From: Mobula hypostoma
Taxonomy: Eukaryota
Assembly (NCBI RefSeq): GCF_963921235.1
Contig: NC_086097.1
Span: 223,450,001 to 223,514,000, forward strand
Length of the DNA stretch: 64,000 nucleotides
Reading direction: 5' to 3'
Shown here: positions 26,201-37,613 of the stretch, piece by piece
Layout of the letters: the number at the start of each line of letters is the position of its first letter
Numbering within the stretch: the stretch's first letter is position 1
Program-made: the position numbers and the translations under genes
The notes under the pieces: generated by a model
What the model was told of the DNA's origin: nothing
Database searches by the model: none
Seen by the model: only the letters and a program-made list of their open reading frames with translations

Positions 26201-28549
26201 TACCAGCTATCCCAAGAAACACACAAGACCAGCAACATGTATACATAGATTCAAAAGGAAACACAAGGAAGAAAGAAATTGAAGGATAAGTTGATCAAGC
26301 TATCTGAATAGGAATGAAAAGAGGTCACTGTGGGACTTTGTAACTAAACTAAAAAACGTGCTGGAAATGCTCAGGTCAGGTAGCATCTCTGAAAAGCAAA
26401 ATAAAATGGTCCTGATCAGTCTTTCCATCTTAGCAGTTCCAATATTTTGTGCATTCATTTCAGATTTCCTGTTCATAGCTTTTTGCTGACTTTGTAAGTC
26501 ATGTGGCAGAAGGGATAACCACTATACTGGGGGAAATCTGGTTAAACTTTCATCTGGTGAAATAAGTATGAATATGTGTCATGGAATAATAGCAGCAGGA
26601 GGGAAACGAAACAGCTGACGAAACTTAATTACGGTACAAAAGCAAGGTCTGTGATGAAATATAAAGAAACAACAATGTTCTGTATCTAGCACATATATTA
26701 AACTCAAAATGAGTTGTAATGCCAGGCTTTTAAGAAAAATTTAGATAGACACATGAGGAAGTTGGAGGGATATGGATGTTGTGTAGGTGGGAGGGATTAG
26801 TCTGGGGGACGGGGTTTGATTTACTTTTTTTTTAAACCTGTTTTGGCATAACATCGAGGGGCAAAGGGTCTGGTCCTGTGCTGTACTGTTCTATGTTCCA
26901 TTTGGAAGTCTGGCACTTGCAACCCCTGTCATAGATGGAGCTGACTGAATCACATTTGATTCAGAAATCAGCAAATCCAAACTAAATAATTATAATAAAT
27001 CTAGTGTATTGTTGCTTTCAAGCACTGCAAAGGGTTCAAGTGACATTTCAGTTTGGAGAGCTAATTACACTATAGACCAAAAGAACACAATCTGAAATAA
27101 TCACTGGCAAGGCAGCACTTACTGTCTGTTCCTAATTGGCTTTTAAACCAGCAGTGCTTGCTTGGCCATTTCAGAAAGCAGGCAAGAATAAACGTATTAA
27201 TTAGTCTGAAATCATATATACACCACTCTAGGCAAAGATGACAAATTTCTTTCTGAAGAACAGAAGTGAACCAGAAGCATTTTTCCAAAATTTATTCTCC
27301 AGCTGCCAGGATGGGATTTATAATTACTGCACTGGATCAACTGTCTGATCCATTATATGCCAGTATCCTAACACCATGCTATTATACCTTCCTTGCTCAA
27401 GTCTGGAATAAAATATTTGTTTGGTTTTACTTGTGGAAAATTCTGCTTGGCTTGAAGGTTTGAAACAAACCTAGACTAGAAAGTTGAAGCCTGCTTCAGA
27501 ATCCCACCATCACTCAGCAGTAGCTCACCCTCTCCAGCAATCATTAACCACTATAACAGGCTGGCAGAAATTCAACCCTTCACTAACTTGCCGAACCACC
27601 CCTCCCATCTACCCCCATGCCAGATGCCAGGGATCCTCCCCTAACCACCTTACATGATCCTCTGGAGCCCAACTCCACTTCCCCCTCATCAGCAAGACAA
27701 TGCGGAGGAAAGACCTTGTACACAACAGACAATCAGTGGCTTGCTTCAGCACGCCAAGCTAAGATTTGCCATCAGAATCCACAATTAGCCATATTTTGGA
27801 AAATTTATTTCACCTTTTTGTTAAACTGTGGTATCAGCAGATGGTTGGATTCAAGTTAATCCTTTTACATGCAACTGAAAAGAGTCATAAACCTACTCAT
27901 CTATCATTTTCTGTGTGTTTGACTAAATGCTCTGCAATCTTTTTGGACAATTATCAGAGTGAGAAAATTTTTCCAGTTTGCATTTCGAAAGTCACTTTCT
28001 GCATTTTAACAGAATTAGGACCACAGAATATTGCAAACCAAGAAATCCAAGACCCTTAAAATGTGTTAAAGATTGATCTTGCAATTATATCCAGCTTCTT
28101 AATTACTGTAACCCTCACAATCAACTTCTAAGCTGTAGTTGAAGTGGTAAATATGTCGTGAATTAGGAATCTGTAACACAAGATGTTTCAGTTCATTAAT
28201 TGACTGATTTTGTCCAAACTCTGAGTCAAGGCTGTATCCTGAAAAATAAGATCAAATGGATTTGAGAGTAACGGGAGGCAGACACCTTCGAATTCAGAAC
28301 ATCTAGTATTACTATAACAGGTATTGACTCCAACTCTACCACACAAACTGTGGCTCAGCACACTAAACATTTTTTTCTAAACAACAACATACTTATGTAC
28401 TTTGAAAATTATAGAAGTACACCCAAAGAATTGCTAAATAATTGATTTGTGTTGAAGAATCTAACTGAGAATACGAAAGAATTCTTCGGGCTCTGGCTTG
28501 TATTCAACTTTTTCCCATTCCTTACCCATCATCGCTCGAGTAGAGAAGT

Positions 28550-28800
28550 GCTCAGCATGACACTTTTACAGCTCAGGGCGTTGGTGTTCAGAGTTCAATC
28601 CCAGCATCCTTTGTAAGGTATTTGCATGTCCTCCCCGTGGAATGCACGGGTTTTCTCCAGGTGCTCTGGCTTCCTTCCACAGTCTAAGGATGTACTGGTT
28701 AATAGAGTAATTGGTCATTGTAAGTTGTCATGTGATTAGGCTAGGAGCTGTTGGGCAGCACAGCTCAAAAGACTGGAAGGGCCTATTCTGCACTATAATC
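28550..28800 (+). mobile_element. V-SINE
   Basis: gagttcaatccc (box B) then tttgcatgtcctccccgtgg...gggttttctccaggtgctctggcttccttccacagtctaagga. Confidence 0.7.
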
Positions 28801-28897
28801 ATTAAATTTTAAAAAATGTAAACATCTTTAAACAGGTATTTTAACACTACCAGCTACTTTATTCCATGGTATAATAATGGCAGTAATAAAATTGTTA

Positions 28898-29382
28898 TTA
28901 GATTTAGATTATGAGGACACTCAGTCCTCGTTTATTGTCATTTAGAAATGCATGCATTAAAAAATGATACAACATTCCTCCAGAATGATATCACAAGAAA
29001 ACACAGGACAAACCAAGACTAAAACTGACAAAACCACATAATTATAACATATAGTTACAACAGTGCAAAACAATACCATAATTTGATAAAGAGCAGACCA
29101 CGGGCACGGTAAAAAGAAAAGTCTCAAAGTCCCAATAGCCTCATCAGCTCACACAGGCGGTAGAAGGGAGAAACTCTCCCTGCCATGAACCTCCAAGCGC
29201 CGCCAACCTGCCGATGCAGCACCTTTGGAAGTACCCGACCACAGCGGACCCTGAGTCCGTCCGAAAACTTCGAGCCTCCAACCAGCCCCTCCGGCACAGT
29301 CTCTCCAAGCACCATCCTCAACTGAGCACTTCGACCCCACCCCGGACGCCGAGCAACAAGCAAAGCCGAGGACCCGGGGCTT
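28898..29382 (-). mobile_element. Non-autonomous retroposon, 5'-truncated copy
   Basis: Closely similar to the reverse complement of 47270-47722; 3' stem-loop GAGGAC-tgagt-GTCCTC and (aatct)n tail. Confidence 0.85.
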
Positions 29383-30115
29383 TGAAATATATGAAATATA
29401 TTTAGCCTTTAAATTTATTTTAAAATTATGTTACAGTAATTGTTCCAATGCCAGACCAGCTTAAATAAAGCTTAGTCACACACCAGCATTAACTCTTGAA
29501 GAGTAGCCAGGAAAAGAAAAACACTACAAGTTCAATTAGCCTGTCTCACAAAGATATTCAGCGTAATCTCCAACAATGCCCCAGTCATGAGGCTATTACA
29601 GCCTGCAGTTTTGGCATGAATGTTTGTTTCAAGATGGTGTATTTGAAAAATTTCAAAAAAAAAATCAATCTGTAGAAAACATGTCCATTAATTCCAATTA
29701 ATCACCAGCTGAATAATTAGTATCACTGATCCTTCATTAATTAACTAGTCACTGAGTTATTAGAATGTAGTATTTGCTTCAGCTTGTAGCAGCTCAGGTA
29801 AGGTGGCGTTTGAATGGAGCTTGATGAGTAAGGTAAAAGTGCAAAGGCAAAGGGAAATGGAACACCAATGAACAGTCCATTAGTGCACTGTACATACTTG
29901 GGGTAGTTTACAACTGATTACTTTCTCCTGGCGATGACATACTTGCAATTCCTCCTATAATACCTACAAGCAATATTAATTTCATGAAATGTATGCCTTC
30001 ATTGCCATTGTTCTCACTGTGAAACATAAAACACTGCTCTAATGCCTTCCCTTAATCTTCAGATGCATTATACCACTTTTTGACTGAAATATCACAATAT
30101 GTCAAAATGGTTGTT

Positions 30116-30651
30116 GTGATGCGTCTAGCGTGGTGGTGTGGTGGGTAGCGCTTGTCGCTCCCACTTTCAGCTTCCACCACTGGCTAGCAGTCTTGCGAAA
30201 AGGAGAGCGGAGTCTGTAAGTCTCTCCCTGCCAGTACAGAGCCTCTCCAACAGCAAGCCTCACGTAGTGCCTCCTCGCTGTGACACACGGAAACTGGACC
30301 CCTTTCAGACTCGGGTTGAACTACAAAGGACAGGGAGAAGGTCTGGCCCCTGTACACAGAGCACGTGGGCCCACTGGTGTGTGGGCATGTGCTGGTGCTC
30401 GTGAAGCAGATCCCCAGCTTTGGGTAAATAGCCCCAAGGCCTTGTGGGCAGCTTCAGGAGAGATGAAGGATACGGGAGTAAACCCAGACAGTAGATCTGG
30501 AGTGGAGCCCCAAAGGTGGCTGGACATCACTGAACATCCTTCCTCCAGCTCCCGCAGCCAAGCTGATGCCAAATATATTGCTTCATAAGCTTTCCTTTGG
30601 ACTATACTGGTGAGGCTGAGAGGGGGATCTTGATGACTGGGCATCTCAGGA
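30116..30651 (+). mobile_element. RTE-like LINE 5' region, interrupted by CR1 and resuming at ~31431
   Basis: GC-rich block with aaacccagacagtagatctggagtggagcccc resembling RTE-type 5' UTRs; family call from recalled similarity only. Confidence 0.45.
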
Positions 30652-31430
30652 TAGAAACACAGAAACATAGAAAACCTACAGCACAATACAGGCCCTTCAG
30701 CCCACAAAGCTGTGCTGAACATGTCCCTACCTTAGAACTACCTAGGCTTTACTCAGAGCTCTCTACTTTTCTAAGCTCCGTGTAGCCATCCAGAAGTTTC
30801 TTAAAACACCCTATCGTTTGCGCCTCCACTGCCGCCGCTGGCAGCTCATTCCACGCACTCACCACTCTCTGCGTAAAAAACTTCTCCATGACATCTCCTC
30901 TGTATCTACTTCCAAGCACCTTAAAACTATGCCCTCTCGTGCTAGCCATTTCAGCCCGGGGGAAGAGCCTCTGACTATCCACATGATCAATGCCTCTCAT
31001 TATCAGGTCACCTCTCATCCTCTGTCGCTCCAAGGAGAAAAGGCCGAGTTCACTCAACCTATTCTCATAAGGCATGCTCCCCAATCCAGGCAACAGCCTT
31101 GTAAATCTCCTCTGCACCCTTTCTACAGTTTCCATGTCCTTCCTGTAGTAAGCCAACCAGAACTGAGCACAGTACTCCAAGTGGGGTCTGACCAGGGTCC
31201 TATATAGCTGCAACATTACCTCTCGGCTCTTAAACTCAATCCCACGATTGATGAAGGCCAATGCACCGTATGCCTTCTTAACCACAGGGTCAACCTGCAT
31301 AGCAGCTTTGAGTGTCCTAAGGACTCGGACCCCAAGGTCCCTCTGATCCTCCGCACTGCCAAGAGTCTTACCATTAATGCCATATTCTCCCATCATATTT
31401 GACCTACCAAAACGAACCACCTCACACTCC
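30652..31430 (-). mobile_element. CR1 LINE 3' fragment
   Basis: ORF 30749-31504 contains QRDLGVRV, LYRTLVRPHLEYCAQFW and FFTQRVVSAWNELP. Confidence 0.93.
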
Positions 31431-31832
31431 ACTGCATACCTTCCACCCAGGCTTTTGATAATGATCATCACCATCCATGGTCCTTCAAGACAGATAGATG
31501 CCAACTACTACTATCAATCTCTTAAAATTAAATCTATTCTATGCCATTCTGGAACTGAATTCTTTAATGAGGCATCATTTTATAAAACACATTAGTTCAG
31601 AAATTACCTTCCCAAAACAAATCCATGCCAATTGCCTTTAATTAATCTGTTATTTTTAAATGGTACCTCAAAACCAATTCCAATAACTCACCCGCCTCTG
31701 AAGTGAATATTCTTCCCTTTCTCGGTTATGATTACTGGTTATCCCATGCATAGCCAGGACAATGACCACAAAAATTACGACAAGTAATCTACCAAACTAT
31801 CACAATATATTCAAAAGCAGTATGGCACATCT

Positions 31833-31925
31833 TGTGTGTGTGTGTGTGGGGGGGGGGAGGGGAGGGGAGGGGGAGGAGGGGGAGGGGGGAAGGGGGGAGG
31901 AGGGGGAGGAGGGGGAGGAGGGGGA
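31833..31925 (+). repeat. (TG)n followed by a polypurine G/A tract
   Basis: tgtgtg... then about 75 nt of G-runs separated by A. Confidence 0.95.
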
Positions 31926-32880
31926 ACTTCTGTGATGACATCTTCCCAGGGATATATTAGTGCCAATTTCGCACGTTATTAAAAATGGACAAATGGATCT
32001 TGATTTTCTCTGCAGGAAGAAGCAATTATTCCAATGTCTAAGAAAATGAGATCAAAAAGGAAAATCGCATGCACACACCTATATCTTGATGCTTCATGTT
32101 GAGAACTGAGTTGATATTAAATACTTTTGTTGTGGACCATAAGACTTAGCAGTTAGGCCATTCAGCCCATCAACACTGCTCTGCCATTTCTTCATGGCTG
32201 ATTTATTATTCCTCTCAACCCCATTAGTAAGTACTCCTGTTAATGAAGAATCTATCAACCTCTGCTTTAAATATATTCAATAACTTGGTCTCCACAGTCA
32301 TATCCGGCAAAAAAAATCCACAGATTGACCACCCTCTGGCTAAAGAAATTCCTCATTTTTGTTCTAAAAGGACCTCCTTCTATTCTGAGGTCCTGGACAC
32401 CCCCACAAAAAAAACATCATCTCCATGTCCACTATCTAGGCCTTTCAATGGGATTCTCCCTTCATTCTTCTGAACTCCAGAGCATTCAAATGCTCCTCAT
32501 AGGTTGACCCTTTATTACAGAACTTCCCAATCTTAGTTTGAAACACGGCTGGAAAACTTTATTCAAAATTGATCAGCTGGAAGGTCAATTGTGATAAAAT
32601 TACTTTGTCAATTTTAAATGATGCATTTAAATGGCACACAGAATCCACAACACATTATTGTTCATGATAAAATTGTATTATCCCAGCTTCTTAAAATTCA
32701 GGCTCTTCCAACAGACAAAATAAAAATCAGATATAGAGCAGATTGTTTAAAAAACCTAGATCAGCATTTCACAGCCTCCGAACAAAATCTAAAATTAAAA
32801 TTATTTAACTTTAGCCAAACATATAGCATCTTCCCTACAGTTCAAAATGGGGCTAAAGCAATGACTAAAATTTTTCTTAC

Positions 32881-32925
32881 CCGTTGGTCTCACTAATCAG
32901 ATTCTCTGTTTCTGCATATTCGAAC
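32881..32925 (-). CDS. Candidate 45-nt cassette exon of stau2 (phase 2-2)
   Basis: tttttcttttAG|GTTCGAATATGCAGAAACAGAGAATCTGATTAGTGAGACCAACGG|GTaaga. Strong splice signals; the only stop-free frame is phase 2 (FEYAETENLISETN), which matches the stau2 exon. Confidence 0.5.
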
Positions 32926-34573
32926 CTAAAAGAAAAATTGTTTGCAGTTTTAATGATTGAAGGATTAAACTCCCAATGCACGTTGGGACTTCCACAGGTA
33001 CCTCCAACCATGCCAAATAAAGCTACAAATAGCTACAGATCTGGATCAACATTGAGCCTTTCACATTTTGCTGTTACAAACTAGTAAAATTAACACAGGA
33101 ATACTTAAATTCATAGATCCTACACCAAAGGTATGAAACATCAAGTTAAAATGCTTCAGGCACCAGTTATTTTTCCTCCACTTCAATCAAGTATAAAGTA
33201 AGGTTTCTCTGCTGTTCGCAATCTTCTAATATCATAACAAAAAAATCATTAGGACAGCAGTCAACTTGTTGGTAGGTTATTCAACCTTCAAAGTCAATCT
33301 GCCTCTCACCAGATATCCATAAATCTCATGCTGCCCAACACAAATTGCTACCAGCTGGAAGTAAAGACAAGCTAATGCTTTCTATTTAATTTCACCACGA
33401 GATGCCGAGTCCCAATTTAATTTTGTACCACTGCGCCAGCAAGTAACATCTTCTGACCAAATGTTCTCAGATGCTAGAAAGCATTTCAGCTGTTTCCAGC
33501 CAATGCATCCAAGCATGCAATGTTCAACAAAACTCTTAACTAATAAAGGCATATGGGCAATGATTCTTCACATTCCTTATACAAATTAATTGTGGGCTTC
33601 CATTTGCCACGCCAGCTGAGTCAGTAATAGAGGAAGGTCTAAACTATTTCGGTACAGTTTATAATGTACTGGGACTTCCTATATCCCCCAAGCACCATTT
33701 TAACGAGACTGAAAATTTTGACATATATCAGTTAGTAGTAAATACCAAGAGATACACTGAAGAAAGGCAGAAACAAAGAACTTGAATGAAAGTTTTTTCT
33801 TTAATATTTTATTGTAATGTGAAAATTATTACAGCCACAATATTAACAGCTCCACTTCACCATTGTAACAAAATGGATGACAACTAGGTGGCGTACTGGA
33901 GCAACATTCACACTGGACAGCAGCATTTTCTACTGTATGACCTTGGCATGGAGAGCCAGGGTACTCAATCATATTTAAAATCAGACTCCCACAGCGTAAT
34001 TGGGAGCCAATTTTAAAAATCACACTTGCTGTAAGATTGCCCAGGGGTTCAGATGTAAAGATGGTGTCATTTTCAGAACTACTTGTGCAAAAGAGGAGAA
34101 AAGGGACAAAACCATGAACCCCCAGCTGTCATACCGTGCCATTAGTTTTCCTTTTGGGGCAAGAAACGGTCTGAGAACTTGGTCAACAGCCTGACAAGGT
34201 ACGTGCTTCCTAATGCGTCACTTAGGCTTAATTACATTGAAATCGGACCTCTTTCCCATCTACTGACATGTAATATTTTCACTTTCACCCACTCTTTTAT
34301 TCTCACTCTTCCTATTCATGTCAACTGTTTACATCTCTTCCTTCATGGGTTCACTGATCCCTTAAGTCTCACCCCTACTGCTTCCCTTTCTAGGTTTTAC
34401 TTGCTCTTAGGAAGGTTTGTCTCTGGTTGCTCTTAGTATCCTCTGAAGAGTTCACCAAAGCATATATTCTATCCTCATCCTCTTCCCTCACATGGGATTT
34501 AATCTGATGAATATCCTAGTAATGCAGCCAAGTTCTCAGTTCCTTAATTCTACCTTTTAGTTTTCCATTATTG

Positions 34574-34653
34574 TAGGGACTCCAAACTTGTGGTCCACAG
34601 GCCCCTTGCTTGACGGTATTGGTCCATGGCATAAACAAATTTGGGAACCCCTG
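34574..34653. mobile_element. hAT (Charlie-like) mini-MITE, 80 bp
   Basis: TIRs TAGGGACTCCAAA / TTGGGAACCCCTG; 8-bp TSD cattattg / cattactg; same family as 4765-4833. Confidence 0.75.
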
Positions 34654-35229
34654 CATTACTGTCACCTTCACATTTCTTGGTGCATTCTTCAGATTGCACT
34701 ACTATCTTTGCACCATTCTGGTTTGCACTCGCTGTATTTATTATTATCATTATATCCTTGTCTTGTGAGCTTCAAGGAAGCAAGGAATTTAATTGCACCC
34801 CAATGTACAGAAGAATGAAATAATCCAGATCTGAATCCTTCCCATCAAATTGACGGTGCTCAGTTTGTCAGTAAATGGATGAGCTGTCAACCTCGTGCCT
34901 CTAAATCATCCATTTCTAGATTCTTTCCATCCACTGGTCGTGTGTAAGTGATTGCACCAACAGAAACTGAACGTGCACCGACAGCTTCCCTCTCGTCGCT
35001 GCATTTCTGTCTTGCTAAAAATTGCACAATTCTTCTCATCCCAACTGAATTGATGGTTCTGGAAATGAAAAACGCCCCAATGCCCCTTCCCCCTATTCCT
35101 TGACCACATTTTCCACTTTTGAATATACCTGAGCCATTTCTCATACCTCTAATTTAAAATCATCAAGTGTCACTTTATTCCTGCGTCTCATCTCCTTCCG
35201 TCCTTCTCCTTTCCACCGTCACACAGCAG

Positions 35230-35420
35230 GGTGGCACACATTTTCCTGATTCTTACCAGGAACTCTAGCAACGGTTTCACCTCAACTGTGTCGAAGGATC
35301 TAACTTTACTTCCGCAACTCTTGTTTCTCACCTACATGCTATCTTTGGGTGACATCATGCAGAAATACAAAGTTACTTTATATTTATGCCAACTACCACA
35401 CTACCAGTTCTCTTGACCAC
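35230..35420 (+). mobile_element. Ancient L2-like RT remnant
   Basis: PQLLFLTYMLSLGDIMQKYKV resembles the L2 motif PLLFSLYMLPLGxIIxKHG. Confidence 0.45.
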
Positions 35421-35480
35421 TTATGAGAAGACTGAAGTTGCATTCAATCCTTTCTCACAAATTCTATTTCTTAAACACAG

Positions 35481-37205
35481 ATCAGAATCAGGTTTAATAT
35501 GACTGGCATGTGTTGTGAAATTTGTTAACTTAGCAGCAGCAGTTCAATGCAATACATAATACAGAAGAAAAATAAATAAGTAAATCAATTACAGTACGTG
35601 TATATTGAAAAGATTAAAAATTGAGCAAAAACAGAAATATATAATTTACAAAGTGAGGTAGTGTTCACAGGTTCAATGTCCATTTAGGAATCAGATGGCA
35701 GAGGGGAAGAAGCTGTTCCTGAATTGCTGAGTGTGTGCCTTCAGACTTCTGTACCTCCTACCTGATGGTAACAGTGAGAAAGGGCATGCCCTGGGTGATA
35801 AAACCATAGAAACCATAGAACCATAGAAACTACAGCACAGAAACAGGCCTTTTGGCCCTTCTTGCCTGTGCCGAACCATTTTCTGCCTAGTCCCACTGAC
35901 CTGCACACGGACCATATCCCTCCATACACCTCCCATCCATGTATCTGTCCAATTTATTCTTAAATGTTAAAAAAGAACCCGCATTTACCACCTCGTCTGG
36001 CAGCTCATTCCATACTCCCACCACTCTCTGTGTGAAGAAGCCCCCCCATAATGTTCCCTTTAAACTTTTCCCCCCTCACCCTTAACCCATGTCCTCTGGT
36101 TTTTTTCTCCCCTTGCCTCAGTGGAAAAAGCCTGCTTGCATTCACTCTATTTATACCCATCATAATTTTATATACCTCTATCAAATCTCCCCTCATTCTT
36201 CTATGCTCCAGGGAATAAAGTCCTAACCTATTCAACCTTTCTCTGTAACTGGGTTTCTCAAGTCCCGGCAACATCCTTGTAAACCTTCTCTGCACTCTTT
36301 CAACCTTATTTATATCCTTCCTGTAATTTGGTGACCAAAACTGAACACAATACTCCAGATTCAGCCTCACCAATGCCTTACACAACCTCATCATAACATT
36401 CCAGCTCTTATACTCAATACTTCGACTAATAAAGGCCAATGTACCAAAAGCTCTCTTTACAACCCTATCTACCTGTGACGACACTTTTAGGGAATTTTGT
36501 ATCTGTATTCCCAGATCCCTCTGTTCCACTGCACACCTCAGTGCCTTACCATTAACCCTGTATGTTAAGGTCCTTAATAATGGACGCTGCCTTTCTGAGA
36601 CACCGCTCCTTGAAGATGTCCAAGGTACTTTGTAGGCTGGTACCCAAGATGGAGCCGACTAAATTTATGACCCTCTGCATCTTGTTCCGGTCTTGTGCAG
36701 TAGCCCCGCACCCCCCCCCCCATGCGAGACAATGATGCAGCCTGTCAGAATGCTCTCCCCATAGTGTATCTATAGAAGTTTTTGTGTGTTTTGTTGACAG
36801 ACCATATCTCTTCAAACTCCTAATGAAGTATAGTCGCCTTCTTTATAGCTTCATTGATATGTTGGGACCGGGTTAGGTCCTCAGAGTCCTTGACACCCAG
36901 GAACTTGAAACTGCTCACTCTCTCCACTTCTGATCCCTCTGAGGATTGGTATGTATTCCTTTATATTACCCTTCCTGAAGTCCACAATCAGCTTTTTCAT
37001 GTTACTGACGTTGAGTGCAGGGTTGTTGCTGCAACACCACTCCACTAATTGACATACCTCGCTCCTGTACGCCCTCTCGAATCCATCTGAGACTCTACCA
37101 ACAATGGTTGTATCATCAACAAATTTATAGATGGTATTTCAGCTATGCCTAGCCACACATGCATGTGTATATAGAGAGCAGAGCAGTGGGCTAAGCACAC
37201 ACCCA
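35481..37205 (-). mobile_element. Rex1/Babar LINE fragment, interrupted by CR1
   Basis: PFSLLPSGRRYRSLKAHTQQFRNSFFPSAI and ERCLRKAASIIKD; (ctgatt)n tail; related tails at ~55417-55970 and ~56918-57340. Confidence 0.88.
35800..36565 (-). mobile_element. CR1 LINE 3' fragment nested in Rex1
   Basis: ORF 36005-36529 (LVRLNLEYCVQFWSPNYRKD); (ttctatgg)n tail. Confidence 0.93.
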
Positions 37206-37613
37206 AGGTCCGGGGTGCCCCGACTGGCAGCAGCACTCTCAATGGATCACAGATTCCATGTTCCTGCTGGAAACAATCTGAAATCTGTCAGGATGTCTGC
37301 AACCTTACCATCAACACCAAAATGATCTCTGGGCAACATACAGTATGTGTCCCATCACTCACAATGATTCATCAATAACAAACTTCTCTATCCCTGCCTT
37401 ATCTCACTTGAAAGCTGCTTCCATTCTTTGTTACCTCTGGATTCTGGCATTACCAGTGTAATTATTAAACTACTGCCAGCAGTCTCTTCAAATGCTAAGG
37501 CCCCATGCTGTGACCTGCCCTCTGCTACCCATCAACCATCACAGGCTCCTGAACAAAAGAGGATAACTACACTCAATTTCTGCCGTTTTCACAACCAATG
37601 ATCTCATTTTAGG

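Noticed and set aside
28188..28260. Strong minus-strand acceptor tcttatttttcag
   Set aside because: Immediate stop in the stau2 frame and no clear donor; a terminal or poison exon cannot be supported.
29943..29963. 21-nt symmetric microexon candidate (YYRRNC in phase 2)
   Set aside because: Weak polypyrimidine tract and donor; expected by chance in 45 kb of intron.
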